A stretch of 64,000 nt of DNA from the NCBI GenBank assembly GCA_965655095.1, contig OZ296651.1, positions 25,296,001 through 25,360,000 on the forward strand, given 5' to 3'. The first letter of the stretch is position 1; every line of letters begins with the position of its first letter. The notes under the pieces were generated by a model. That model did not search any database. It saw only the letters and a program-made list of their open reading frames with translations, and was not told the DNA's origin. This DNA is from Haplodiscus bocki. Its lineage: Eukaryota. Below, one piece after another: positions 27,944-42,115 of this stretch. Position numbers and translations under genes: made by a program.

Positions 27944-30115
27944 TTGATGAAATGTCATCCGGCATCTGAAAGAATTTAGGTTTGCTTTTACCCAAAAGAA
28001 CCAACTTTTTAAATGGCGTCAATGGGCAAAGTCCATCTAAACAGTTTGCTATGGCAGAGTCGACTTTTGAGACATTTCCAATGAAGGACAAATTAGGAAG
28101 ATGGGAATTGTCGATTGGGACCTTGACAGAAAACCTACAACAAAATGATCAGTTCTACTACAAAGAAGCACCATTTTTTTGCATAACTTTCAGCATTCAT
28201 GCCTATCTAACATTCGAGAGGCGGATGAAAAAAAAGTGAAAGATTTTGAAAAATCTTGTTCAAAGTCAAATATGTTCATTGAGAACTTCATGGGAGATAT
28301 CCTGAGAGGTTCTGTTTCGAGGGAAACCTAGTTTGAAAATTAAAAAGAAGGAGACCAAAATTCACCTTCTGACTACTTTGACTCAACAAATTGTTTTTGC
28401 AAGGAACTGATTGGTATGTTTGGAACTTCCCCATTTCCCGTGATTTTAAAAACGTCGAATGAAACATTGTGCCCTGATGGACGAAATGCAGACAGTAGTT
28501 CCGGAAAGAAAAAAGCTCCATGGCAGAGTCAACTTTTCAGACATTTCAAATGAAGTACAGTTTGTGAAAAAGGCAATTTTTGATTGGGACCTTGACAGAA
28601 ACATTAAAACTGGTAGTTTTGAAGGAAGCTAAAATTGGCTACCGATCTCGATCATACGTACAGAGAGTTTTTGCTAATTTCCGACCTATGAGTTGCTATT
28701 GGAACAGCCAATCACAAAAAAACTTCAAACGAACACCTTCTTCAGGGATGACAGAATACGAGTCAGTGGTTGATTATTGAAAATCAGTAGTTAGTTCTGA
28801 GGAAGATTTTGGTTGCTTTTCCGTATAACTTCACCGATTACTATACACAGATAAATTAGTCCAATGAGACCTTGGTGGAACTAGTTTGGTCGCTAGTTCT
28901 GCACACAGGTTGTTTGGAATCTGAATAGAACCAAGTGCAAGAGCAAGATTGGTTTGATATTCTTCGCCAAACAAAATTTGGCTGCAAGCAATAAAATTGA
29001 AAGGTTCTCATTCGAAATTTTCCGAAAAAAATCGTTGCCCTTGACGTGCTGAGAAAAAAATCTAGACTGAAGAATTGCAAAAAGATCATTTCTATTACAA
29101 AGAAGCACCATTTATGTGAATAAATTTTAGCATTCATGCCTATCTAACATTCGATGAACGGATGAAGAAAGTGATGGATTTTGAAAAATCTTGTCCAAAG
29201 TCAAAGCTGTTGATCGAGAACTTGACGGGAGATATGCTGACAGGTTCCATTTTGAGGGAAACCTAGTTTGAAACTTAAAAGGAAGTAAACCAAATTACAC
29301 ATTCTGACTACTTTGACTCAACAAATTGTTTTTGCAAGGGACTGATTAATACGTTTGCAATTTCCTCAATTCCCGTGATAATAAAAACGTCCATTGAAAC
29401 CCTGATGCCCTAATGGACGAAATGCAGACAGCAGTTCTGGAAAGAAAAAGGCTCCACTCTCGGGATAAAAATTCATTGCCCTTGTCCGTCATTTCGGTCC
29501 GAATGTTTCCGATGTAGGAAACGTTCACCGCTTTTTTTTATTTTGAATGATGCTCTACTTTTTCGAAATCTCGGTTAATACCTCAATGTGATAGATTAGG
29601 CCGTAAATTTTGTGACAATTGAACTCAATCATCGAAAGGATTCTTAACGGAATGCTATTCTTGACACTTTTTGAACACTAGAGTTGCGATGTGAGGAAGC
29701 AAAAGCAACAAAATCATTGACATATGCTGAGACAAGTGTTAGTAAAATTGAGTAATACCTTCGTGATTGAAATGCCGCCATCTATTTTTAAGAAAAGCGC
29801 CGTTAAATTTTAGGAACAAAATGACTTCTTCCACACTTTGGCTCCTTGGGTCAGAAATTCTTACGATGTCAAGATTTTTTCTTGGAAGATAAGTTTTGAA
29901 AATTGTTTTGCAGTTGAGAAATGTTGACTGAGACAGTGAAAGAAGAATTGGAGAGAATATTTTGAAAAGGTGATTTGGTTAATCGAGACTCTTCATACAA
30001 AAATTCAAAATTTAATAATTTCTTCGTATCAAGTCTCCGGTCCAACCAACCACACCCGGAAAGAGACAGGCAATGAGCATTGTAGAAGTAATTAAAACAT
30101 CAACTGAGACTCTGA
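27944..30115 (+). repeat. Rearranged 2172-bp unit: truncated S monomer fused at ~28520 to a 5'-truncated full monomer
   Basis: ggaaagaaaaaagctcc|at|ggcagagtcaac at 28503-28533 jumps from offset ~576 of an S monomer back to offset ~107. atggcagagtc occurs at both 28051 and 28520. Confidence 0.9.
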
Positions 30116-31229
30116 TTGATGAAATTTTACACGGGATCTGGAAGAATTCAGGTTCGCAGGTGTCGTAAAAAGTTTTTTTTGTTTGCATTAATGGGCCATT
30201 TCCATCCAAACACTTTGCTATGGCAGAGTCGACTCTTCAGGGTATTCCAATGACGGACATTTTGGGAAGTTGGCAACTGTCGATGGGGACATTAGGTGAA
30301 AAGTTAAACCAGTTAGTTTTGAAGGAAACTCAATTTGGTTATCGACGTTGATCTTATGTTCAAAGAGTTTTTGCTAAGTTCTGACCAATGAGTTCCTATT
30401 GGAGGTCAAATCACAAAAAAATCAAACGAACACTTTCTTCAAAGAAGACAAAAGTTGAGTGAGAGGTTGAATAATGAAAATCAGTAGTTAGTTCTGTAGA
30501 AAAATATGGTTTCTTTTTCGTATAATTTCACCGAGTACTGAAAACAGACAAACCAGTCCACTGAGGCCTTGGTGGAAATAGTTTGGTCAGTAGTTCTGCA
30601 CAGAGGTGGTTTGGAATCTGCAGAGAACCAAGTGCAAGTGCAAAATGATCTTTTCTATTACAAAGAAGCACCGTTTAAGGGCAAAAATTTTAGCGTACAC
30701 GGCTAACTAACATTCGATGAAGGGACGCAAAAAAAAGTGATGGGCTTTGAAACATCTTTTTCAATGTCAAATCTGTTGATTGAGCACTTGACGGGAGGTA
30801 TCCTGAGAGTTTCTGTTTTGAGGAAAACCTAGTTTGAATTTTAAAAGTAAGGACACCAAATTTCACCTTTTGAATACTTTGACTCAAAAAACTGTTTTTG
30901 CAAGGAACTGATTGGTATATTTGGAACTTCCTCAATTCCCATGATATTAGAAACATCGAATGAATCGTTATGCCCTGAGGAACGAAATGCAGACAGTAGT
31001 TCCGGAAAGAAAAAGGCTCCATTCTCGGGATAAAATTCATTGCCCTTGTAAGTCACTTCGGTCCTAATGTTTCCGATGTAGGAAGCGTTCACCGCTTTTT
31101 TTATTTTGAATGATGCTCTTTTTTGCGAAATCTCGGGTAATACGCCATTGTGATAGATTCAGCCGTATGTTTTGTGAGAATTGAACTCGATCATCGAAAG
31201 TATTCTTAGCGGAGTGCTATTCTTGACAA

Positions 31230-34200
31230 TTTTTGAACACTAGAGTTGCGATGTGAGGAAGCAAAAGCAACAAAATCCTTGACGTATGCTGAGACAAGTG
31301 TTAGTAAAATTGAGTAATACCTTCGTTATTGAAATGCCGCCATCTATTTTTAAGAAAAGCGCCGTTAAGTTTTAGGAACAAAACGACTTCTTCCACAATT
31401 TGGCTTTTTGGGTCAGAAATTCTTACGATGTCAAGATTTTTTCTTGGAAGATATGTTTTGAAAATTGTTTTGTAGTTAAGAGATGTTGACTGAGACAGTG
31501 AAAGAAGAATTGGAGAGAATAATTTGAAAAAGTGATTTGGTTAATCGAGACTCTTCATACAAAAATTCAAACTTTAATACTTTCTTCGTATCAAGTCTCC
31601 GGTCCAACCAACCACACCCGGAAAGAGACAGGCAAGGAGCATTGTAGAGGTAATTAAAACATCAACTGAGACTCTGATTGATGAAATTTTACACGGGATC
31701 TGGAAGAATTCATGTTCGCAGGTATCGTAAAAAGTTTTTTTTTGTTTGCATTAATGGGCCATTTCCATCCAAACACTTTGCTATGGCAGAGTGGACTCTT
31801 CAGGGTATTCCAATGACGGACATTTTGGGAAGTTGGCAACTGTCGATGGGGACATTAGGTGAAAAGTTAAACCAGTTAGTTTTGAAGGAAGCTCAATTTG
31901 GTTATCGACGTTGATCTTATGTACAAAGAGTTTTTGCTAAGTTCTGACCAATGAGTTCCTATTGGAGGTCAAATCACAAAAAATTCAAACGAACACTTTC
32001 TTCAAAGTTGACAAAAGTCGAGTGAGAGGTTGAATAATGAAAATCAGTAGTTAGTTCTGTAGAAAAATTTGGTTTCTTTTTCGTATAATTTCACCGAGTA
32101 CTGAAAACAGACAAACCAGTCCACTGAGGCCTTGGTGGAAGTAGTTTGGTCAGTAGTTCTGCATAGAGGTGGTTTGGAATCTGGATAGAACCAAGTGCAA
32201 GTGCAAAATGATCTTTTCTATTACAAAGAAGCACCGTTTATAGGCAAAAAATTTAGCGTACATGCCTAACTAACATTCGCTGAAGGGATGCAAAAAAAAG
32301 TGATGGACTTTGAAACATCTTTTTCAATGTCAAATCTGTTGATTGAGCACTTGAAGGGAGGTGTCTTGAGAGTTTCTGTTTTGAGGGAAACCTAGTTTGA
32401 AACGTAAAAGTAAGGAAACCAAAATTAACCATTTGAATACTTTGACTCAAAAAATTGTTTTTGCAAGGAACTGATTGGTATGTTTGGAACTTCGTCAATT
32501 CCCGTGTTATTAGAAACATCGAATGAATCGTTATGCCATGATGAACGAAATGCAGACAGTAGTTCCGGAAAGAAAAAGGCTCCATTTTCGGGATAAAATT
32601 CATTGCCCTTGTACGTCATTTCGGTCCTAATGTTTCCGATGTAGGAAGCGTTCGCCGCTTTTTTTATTTTGATTGATGCTCTACTTTTTGAAAATCTCGG
32701 TTTATACGTCAATGTGATAGATTCAGCCGTATGTTTCGAGAGAATTGAACTCGATCATCGAAAGTATTCTTAGCGGAGTGCTATTCTTGACACTTTTTGA
32801 ACACTAGAGTTGCGATGTGAGGAAGCAAAAGCAACAAAATCCTTGACGTATGCTGAGACAAGTGTTAGTAAAATTGAGTAATACCTTCGTTATTGAAATG
32901 CCGCCATCTATTTTTAAGAAAAGCGCCGTTAAGTTTTAGGAACAAAACGACTTCTTCCACAATTTGGCTTTTTGGGTCAGAAATTCTTACGATGTCAAGA
33001 TTTTTTCTTGGAAGATATGTTTTGAAAATTGTTTTGTAGTTAAGAGATGTTGACTGAGACAGTGAAAGAAGAATTGGAGAGAATAATTTGAAAAAGTGAT
33101 TTGGTTAATCGAGACTCTTCATACAAAAATTCAAACTTTAATACTTTCTTCGTATCAAGTCTCCGGTCCAACCAACCACACCCGGAAAGAGACAGGCAAG
33201 GAGCATTGTAGAGGTAATTAAAACATCAACTGAGACTCTGATTGATGAAATTTTACACGGGATCTGGAAGAATTCAGGTTCGCAGGTATCGTAAAAAGTT
33301 TTTTTTTGTTTGCATTAATGGGCCATTTCCATCCAAACACTTTGCTATGGCAGAGTGGACTCTTCAGGGTATTCCAATGACGGACATTTTGGGAAGTTGG
33401 CAACTGTCGATGGGGACATTAGGTGAAAAGTTAAACCAGTTAGTTTTGAAGGAAGCTCAATTTGGTTATCGACGTTGATCTTATGTACAAAGAGTTTTTG
33501 CTAAGTTCTGACCAATGAGTTCCTATTGGAGGTCAAATCACAAAAAATTCAAACGAACACTTTCTTCAAAGTTGACAAAAGTCGAGTGAGAGGTTGAATA
33601 ATGAAAATCAGTAGTTAGTTCTGTAGAAAAATTTGGTTTCTTTTTCGTATAATTTCACCGAGTACTGAAAACAGACAAACCAGTCCACTGAGGCCTTGGT
33701 GGAAGTAGTTTGGTCAGTAGTTCTGCATAGAGGTGGTTTGGAATCTGGATAGAACCAAGTGCAAGTGCAAAATGATCTTTTCTATTACAAAGAAGCACCG
33801 TTTATATGCAAAAAATTTAGCGTACATGCCTAAATAACATTCGATGAGGGGATGCAAAAAAAGTGATGGACTTTGAAACATCTTTTTCAATGTCAAATCT
33901 GTTGATTGAGCACTTGAAGGGAGGTGTCTTGAGAGTTTCTGTTTTGAGGGAAACCTAGTTTGAAACGTAAAAGTAAGGAAACCAAAATTAACCATTTGAA
34001 TACTTTGACTCAAAAAATTGTTTTTGCAAGGAACTGATTGGTATGTTTGGAACTTCGTCAATTCCCGTGTTATTAGAAACATCGAATGAATCGTTATGCC
34101 ATGATGAACGAAATGCAGACAGTAGTTCCGGAAAGAAAAAGGCTCCATTTTCGGGATAAAATTCATTGCCCTTGTACGTCATTTCGGTCCTAATGTTTCC

Positions 34201-34380
34201 GATGTAGGAAGCGTTCGCCGCTTTTTTTATTTTGATTGATGCTCTACTTTTTGAAAATCTCGGTTTATACGTCAATGTGATAGATTCAGCCGTATGTTTC
34301 GAGAGAATTGAACTCGATCATCGAAAGTATTCTTAGCGGAGTGCTATTCTTGACACTTTTTGAACACTAGAGTTGCGATG
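31230..34380 (+). repeat. Near-perfect tandem duplication, period 1563-1564 bp
   Basis: ORFs 32425/33988 are identical, and 31678/33242 differ by one residue. Confidence 0.88.
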
Positions 34381-35829
34381 TGAAGAAGCAAAAGCAATAA
34401 AATCATTGACGTATGCAGAGACAAATGTTAGTAAAATTGAGTAATACCTTGGTGATTGAAATGCCGCTATCTATTTTAATGAAAAGCGCCGTTAAATTTT
34501 AGGAACAAAACGACTTCTTCCACACTTTGGCTCCTTGGGTCAGAAATTCTTACGCTATCAGGATTTTTTCATGGAAGATAAGTTTTGAAAATTGTTTTGC
34601 TGTTAAGAAATGTTGACTGAGACAGTGAAAGACGAATTGGAGAGAATATTTTGAAAAGGTGATTTGGTTAATCGAGTCTCTTCATACAAAAATTCAAACT
34701 TTAATACTTTCTTCGTATCAAGTCTCCGGTCCAACCAACCACACCCGGAAAGAGACAGGCAAAGAGCTTTGTAGAAGTAGTTAAAACATCAACTGAGACT
34801 CTGATTGATGAAACTTTACACGGGATGTGGAAGAATTCAGATTCGCAGGTATCGAAAATTTTTTTTTGTTTGCGTTAATGGGCCATTTCCATCCAAACAC
34901 TTTGCTATGGCAGAGTCGACTCTTCAGAGTATTCCAATCACGGACATTTTAGGAAGTTGGCAACTGTCGATGGGGACATTAAGTGAAAAGTTAAACCAGT
35001 TAGTTTTGAAGGAAGCTCAATTTGGTTATCGACGTTGATCATACGTACAGAGAGCTTTTGCTAATTTCCGACCTATGAGTTGCTATTGGAACAGCCAATC
35101 ACAACAAAACTTCAAACGAACACCTTCTTCAGGGATGACAGAATACGAGTCAGAGGTTGATTATTGAAAATCAGTAGTTATTTCTGAGCAAAAATTTGGT
35201 TTGTTTTCCGTATAATTTCACCGAGAACTATACACAGACAAAATAGTCCACTGAGGCCTTGGTGGAAATAGTTTGGTTAGTAGTTCTGCACAGAGGTGGT
35301 TTAGAATCTGGATAGAACCAAGTGCAAGTGCAAAATGATCTTTTCTATTACAAAGAAGCACCGTTTATATGCAAAAAATTTAGCGTACATGCCTAACTAA
35401 CATTCGATGAAGGGATGCAAAAAAAGTGACCCACTTTGAAAGATCTTTTTCAATGTTAAATTTGTTGATTGAGCACTTGACGGGAGGTATACTGAGAGTT
35501 TCTGTTTTGAGGGAAACCTAGTTTGAAACGTAAAAGTAAGGAAACCAAAATTCACCATTTGAATACTTTGACTCAAAAAATTGTTTTTGCAAGGAACTGA
35601 TTGGTATGTTTGGAACTTCCTCAATTCCCGTGATATTAGAAACATCGAATGAATCGTTATGCCCCGATGAACGAAATGCAGACAGTAGTTCCGGAAAGAA
35701 AAAGGCTCCATTCTCGGGATAAAATTCATTGCCCTTGTACGTCATTCCGGTCCTAATGTTTCCGATATAGGAAGCGTTCACCGCTTTTTTTATTTTGAAT
35801 GATGCTCTTTTTTTTCGAAATCTCGGTTA

Positions 35830-38800
35830 ATACGTCATTGTGATAGATTCAGCCGTATGTTTTGTTCGAATTGAACTCGATCATCGAAAGTATTCTTAGC
35901 GGAGTGCTATTCTTGACACATTTTGAACACTAGAGTTGCGATGTGAGGAAGCAAAAGCAACAAAATCATTGACGTATGCTGAGACAAGTGTTAGTAAAAT
36001 TGAGTATTACCTTCGTGATTGAAATGCCGCCATCTATTTTTGAAAAAAGCGCCGTAAAGTTTTAGGAACAAAACGACTTCCTCCACACTTTGGATTTTTG
36101 GGTCAGAAATTCTTACGATGTCAAGATTTTTTCGTGGAAAATATGTTTTGAAAATTGTTTTGTAGTTAAGAAATGTTGACTGAGACAGTGAAAGAAGAAT
36201 TGGAGAGAATACTTTGAAAAGGTGATTTGGTTAATCGAGACTCTTCATTCAAAAATTCAAACTTTAGTACTTTCTTCGTATCAAGTCTGCGGCCAACCAA
36301 CCACACCCGGAAAGAGACAGGCAAAGAGAATTGTAGAAGTAATTAAAACATCAACTGAGACTCTGATTGATGAAATTTTACACGGGATCTGGAAGAATTC
36401 AGGTTCGCAGGTGTCGTAAAAAGTTTTTTTTTGTTTGCATTAATGGGCCATTTCCATCCAAACACTTTGCTATGGCAGAGTCGACTCTTCAGAGTATTCC
36501 AATGACGGATATTTTAGGAAGTTGGCAACTGTCGATGGGGACATTAAGTGAAAAGTTAAACCAGTTAGTTTTGAAGGAAGCTCAATTTGGTTATCGACGT
36601 TGATCTTATGTACAAAGAGGTTTTGCTAAGTTCTGACCAGTGAGTTCCTATTGGAGGTCAAATCACAAAAAAATTCAAACGAACACTTTCTTCAAAGATG
36701 ACAAAAGTCGAGTGAGAGGTTGATTAATGAAAATCAGTAGTTAGTTCTGTAGAAAAGTTTGGTTTCTTTTTCGTATAATTTCACCGAATACTGAAAACAG
36801 ACATACCAGTCCACTGAGGCCTTGGTGGAAATAGTTTGGTCAGTAGTTCTGCACAGAGGTGGTTTGGAATCTGGATAGAACCAAGTGCAAGTGCAAAATG
36901 ATCTTTTCTATTACAAAGAAGCACCGTTTATAGGCAAAAAATTTAGCGTACATGCCTAACTAACATTCGCTGAAGGGATGCAAAAAAAAGTGATGGACTT
37001 TGAAACATCTTTTTCAATGTCAAATTTGTTGATTGAGCACTTTACGGGAGGTATCCTGAGAGTTTCTCTTTTGAGGGAAACCTAGTTTGAAACTTAAAAG
37101 TAAGGAAACCAAAATTCACTTTTTGATTACTATGACTCAAAATATTGTTTTTGCAAGGAATTGATTGGTATGTTTGGAACTTCCTCAATTCCCGTGATAT
37201 TAGAAACATCGAATGAATCGTTATGCCCTGATGAACGAAATGCAGACAGTAGTTCCGGAAAGAAAAAGGCTCCATTCTCGGGATAAAATTCATTGCCCTT
37301 GTACGTCATTCCGGTCCTAATGTTTCCGATATAGGAAGCGTTCACCGCTTTTTTTTATTTTGAATGATGCTCTTTTTTTTCGAAATCTCGGTTAATACGT
37401 CAATGTGATAGATTCAGCCGTATGTTTTGAGAGAATTGAACTCGATCATCGAAAGTATTCTTAGCGGAGTGCTATTCTTGACACTTTTTGAACACTAGAG
37501 TTGCGATGTGAGGAAGCAAAAGAAACAAAATCATTGACGTATGAAGAGACAAGTGTTAGTAAAATTGAGTAATACCTTGGTGATTGAAATGCCGCTATCT
37601 ATTTTAATGAAAAGCGCCGTTAAATTTTAGGAACAAAACGACTTCTTCCAAACTTTGGCTCCTTGGGTCAGAAATTCTTACGATTTCAAGATTTTTTCTG
37701 GGAAGATAAGTTTTGAAAATTGTTTTGCAGTTAAGAAATGTTGACTGAGACAGTGAAAGACGAATTGGAGAGAATATTTTGAAAAGGTGATTTGGTTAAT
37801 CGAGTCTCTTCATACAAAAATTCAAACTTTAATACTTTCTTCGTATCAAGTCTCCGGTCCAACAAACCACACCCGGAAAGAGACAGGCAAAGAGCATTGT
37901 AGAAGTAATTAAATTATCAACTGAGACTCTGATTGATGAAATTTTACACGGGATCTGGAGGAATTCAGGTTCGCAGGTATCGTAAAATGTTTTTTTTTGT
38001 TTGCATTAACGGGCCATTTCCATCCAAACACTTTGCTATGGCAGAGTCGACTCTTCAGAGTATTCCAATGACGGACATTTTAGGAAATCGGCAACTGTCG
38101 ATGGGGACATTAAGTGAAAAGTTAAACCAGTTAATTTTGAAGGAAGCTCAATTTGGTTATCGACGTTGATCTTATGTACAAAGAGGTTTTGCTAAGTTCT
38201 GACCAGTGAGTTCCTATTGGAGGTCAAATCAGAAAAAAATTCAAACGAACACTTTCTTCAAAGATGAGAAAAGTCGTGTGAGAGGTTGATTATTGAAAAT
38301 CAGTAGTTGATTCTGAGCAAAAATTTGGTTTCTCTTCCGTATAATTTCACCGAGAACTATACACAGACAAAATAGTCCACTGAGGCCTTGGTGGAAATAG
38401 TTTGCTCAGTAGTTCTGCACAGAGGTGGTTTGGAATCTGGATAGAACCAAGTGCAAGTGCAAAATGATCTTTTCTATTACAAAGAAGCACCGTTTATATG
38501 CAAAAAATTTAGCGTACATGCCTACTAACATTCGATGAAGGGATGCAAAAAGAGTGACCCACTTTGAAACATCTTTTTCAATGTCAAATTTGTTGATTGA
38601 GCACTTGACGGGAGGTATACTGAGAGTTTCTGTTTTGAGGGAAACCTAGATTGAAACTTAAGAGTAAGGAAACCAAAATTCACCTTTTGAATACTTTGAC
38701 TCAAAAAATTGTTTTTGCAAAGAACTGATTGGTATGTTTGGAACTTCCTCAATTCCCGTGTTATTAGAAACATCGAATGAATCGTTATGCCCTGATGAAC

Positions 38801-41800
38801 GAAACGCAGACAGTAGTTCCGGAAAGAAAAAGGCTCCATTCTCGGGATAAAATTCATTGCCCTTGTACGTCAATTCGGTCCTAATGTTTCCGATGTGGGA
38901 AGCGTTCACCGCTTCTTTTATTTTGAATGATGCTCTTTTTTTCGAAATCTCGGTTAATACGTCATTGTGATAGATTCAGCCGTATGTTTTGTTCGAATTG
39001 AACTCGATCATCGAAAGTATTCTTAGCGGAGTGCTATTGTTGACACTTTTTGAACACTAGAGTTGCGACGTGAGGAAGCAAAAGCAACAAAATCATTGAC
39101 GTATGCTGAGACCAGTGTTAGTAAAATTGAGTATTACCTTCGTGATTGAAATGCCGCCATCTATTTTTGAAAAAAGCGCCGTAAAGTTTTAGGAACAAAA
39201 CGACTTCCTCCACACTTTGGATTTTTGGGTCAGAAATTCTTACGATGTCAAGATTTTTTCGTGGAAGATATGTTTTGAAAATTGTTTTGTAGTTAAGAAA
39301 TGTTGACTGAGACAGTGAAAGAAGAATTGGAGAGAATACTTTGAAAAGGTGATTTGGTTAATCGAGACTCTTCATTCAAAAATTCAAACTTTAGTACTTT
39401 CTTCGTATCAAGTCTGCGGCCAACCAACCACACCCGGAAAGAGACAGGCAAAGAGAATTGTAGAAGTAATTAAAACATCAACTGAGACTCTGATTGATGA
39501 AATTTTACACGGGATCTGGAAGAATTCAGGTTCGCAGGTGTCGTAAAAAGTTTTTTTTTGTTTGCATTAATGGGCCATTTCCATCCAAACACTTTGCTAT
39601 GGCAGAGTCGACTCTTCAGAGTATTCCAATGACGGATATTTTAGGAAGTTGGCAACTGTCGATGGGGACATTAAGTGAAAAGTTAAACCAGTTAGTTTTG
39701 AAGGAAGCTCAATTTGGTTATCGACGTTGATCTTATGTACAAAGAGGTTTTGCTAAGTTCTGACCAGTGAGTTCCTATTGGAGGTCAAATCACAAAAAAA
39801 TTCAAACGAACACTTTCTTCAAAGATGACAAAAGTCGAGTGAGAGGTTGATTAATGAAAATCAGTAGTTAGTTCTGTAGAAAAGTTTGGTTTCTTTTTCG
39901 TATAATTTCACCGAATACTGAAAACAGACATACCAGTCCACTGAGGCCTTGGTGGAAATAGTTTGGTCAGTAGTTCTGCACAGAGGTGGTTTGGAATCTG
40001 GATAGAACCAAGTGCAAGTGCAAAATGATCTTTTCTATTACAAAGAAGCACCGTTTATAGGCAAAAAATTTAGCGTACATGCCTAACTAACATTCGCTGA
40101 AGGGATGCAAAAAAAAGTGATGGACTTTGAAACATCTTTTTCAATGTCAAATTTGTTGATTGAGCACTTTACGGGAGGTATCCTGAGAGTTTCTCTTTTG
40201 AGGGAAACCTAGTTTGAAACTTAAAAGTAAGGAAACCAAAATTCACTTTTTGATTACTATGACTCAAAATATTGTTTTTGCAAGGAATTGATTGGTATGT
40301 TTGGAACTTCCTCAATTCCCGTGATATTAGAAACATCGAATGAATCGTTATGCCCTGATGAACGAAATGCAGACAGTAGTTCCGGAAAGAAAAAGGCTCC
40401 ATTCTCGGGATAAAATTCATTGCCCTTGTACGTCATTCCGGTCCTAATGTTTCCGATATAGGAAGCGTTCACCGCTTTTTTTATTTTGAATGATGCTCTT
40501 TTTTTTCGAAATCTCGGTTAATACGTCAATGTGATAGATTCAGCCGTATGTTTTGAGAGAATTGAACTCGATCATCGAAAGTATTCTTAGCGGAGTGCTA
40601 TTCTTGACACTTTTTGAACACTAGAGTTGCGATGTGAGGAAGCAAAAGAAACAAAATCATTGACGTATGAAGAGACAAGTGTTAGTAAAATTGAGTAATA
40701 CCTTGGTGATTGAAATGCCGCTATCTATTTTAATGAAAAGCGCCGTTAAATTTTAGGAACAAAACGACTTCTTCCAAACTTTGGCTCCTTGGGTCAGAAA
40801 TTCTTACGATTTCAAGATTTTTTCTGGGAAGATAAGTTTTGAAAATTGTTTTGCAGTTAAGAAATGTTGACTGAGACAGTGAAAGACGAATTGGAGAGAA
40901 TATTTTGAAAAGGTGATTTGGTTAATCGAGTCTCTTCATACAAAAATTCAAACTTTAATACTTTCTTCGTATCAAGTCTCCGGTCCAACAAACCACACCC
41001 GGAAAGAGACAGGCAAAGAGCATTGTAGAAGTAATTAAATTATCAACTGAGACTCTGATTGATGAAATTTTACACGGGATCTGGAGGAATTCAGGTTCGC
41101 AGGTATCGTAAAATGTTTTTTTTGTTTGCATTAACGGGCCATTTCCATCCAAACACTTTGCTATGGCAGAGTCGACTCTTCAGAGTATTCCAATGACGGA
41201 CATTTTAGGAAATCGGCAACTGTCGATGGGGACATTAAGTGAAAAGTTAAACCAGTTAATTTTGAAGGAAGCTCAATTTGGTTATCGACGTTGATCTTAT
41301 GTACAAAGAGGTTTTGCTAAGTTCTGACCAGTGAGTTCCTATTGGAGGTCAAATCAGAAAAAAATTCAAACGAACACTTTCTTCAAAGATGAGAAAAGTC
41401 GTGTGAGAGGTTGATTATTGAAAATCAGTAGTTGATTCTGAGCAAAAATTTGGTTTCTTTTCCGTATAATTTCACCGAGAACTATACACAGACAAAATAG
41501 TCCACTGAGGCCTTGGTGGAAATAGTTTGCTCAGTAGTTCTGCACAGAGGTGGTTTGGAATCTGGATAGAACCAAGTGCAAGTGCAAAATGATCTTTTCT
41601 ATTACAAAGAAGCACCGTTTATATGCAAAAAATTTAGCGTACATGCCTACTAACATTCGATGAAGGGATGCAAAAAGAGTGACCCACTTTGAAACATCTT
41701 TTTCAATGTCAAATTTGTTGATTGAGCACTTGACGGGAGGTATACTGAGAGTTTCTGTTTTGAGGGAAACCTAGATTGAAACTTAAGAGTAAGGAAACCA

Positions 41801-42115
41801 AAATTCACCTTTTGAATACTTTGACTCAAAAAATTGTTTTTGCAAAGAACTGATTGGTATGTTTGGAACTTCCTCAATTCCCGTGTTATTAGAAACATCG
41901 AATGAATCGTTATGCCCTGATGAACGAAACGCAGACAGTAGTTCCGGAAAGAAAAAGGCTCCATTCTCGGGATAAAATTCATTGCCCTTGTACGTCAATT
42001 CGGTCCTAATGTTTCCGATGTGGGAAGCGTTCACCGCTTCTTTTATTTTGAATGATGCTCTTTTTTTTCGAAATCTCGGTTAATACGTCATTGTGATAGA
42101 TTCAGCCGTATGTTT
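35830..42115 (+). repeat. Dimeric higher-order repeat (ABAB), period ~3125-3127 bp
   Basis: ORF pairs 36222/39349, 36367/39494, 37042/40169 and 37130/40257 are identical at offset 3127, and 38525/41650 and 38658/41783 at offset 3125. Adjacent monomers differ from each other. Confidence 0.92.

Larger units (their letters stand above)
16181..30115 (+). repeat. Domain II: heterogeneous, mostly long monomers
   Basis: Anchor spacings are 1705, 1707, 1726, 1724, 1675, 1554, 1672, 2172. Confidence 0.9.

Noticed and set aside
37225-37250. Hammerhead-ribozyme-like core ctgatga-ac-gaaa (and ctgatg-gccgaaaggc at 10150 and 17181)
   Set aside because: There is no stem II between CUGAUGA and GAAA, no NUH cleavage triplet after a stem III, and no stem I. 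Most copies read ctgatgg. An Infernal search with the Rfam hammerhead models would settle it.
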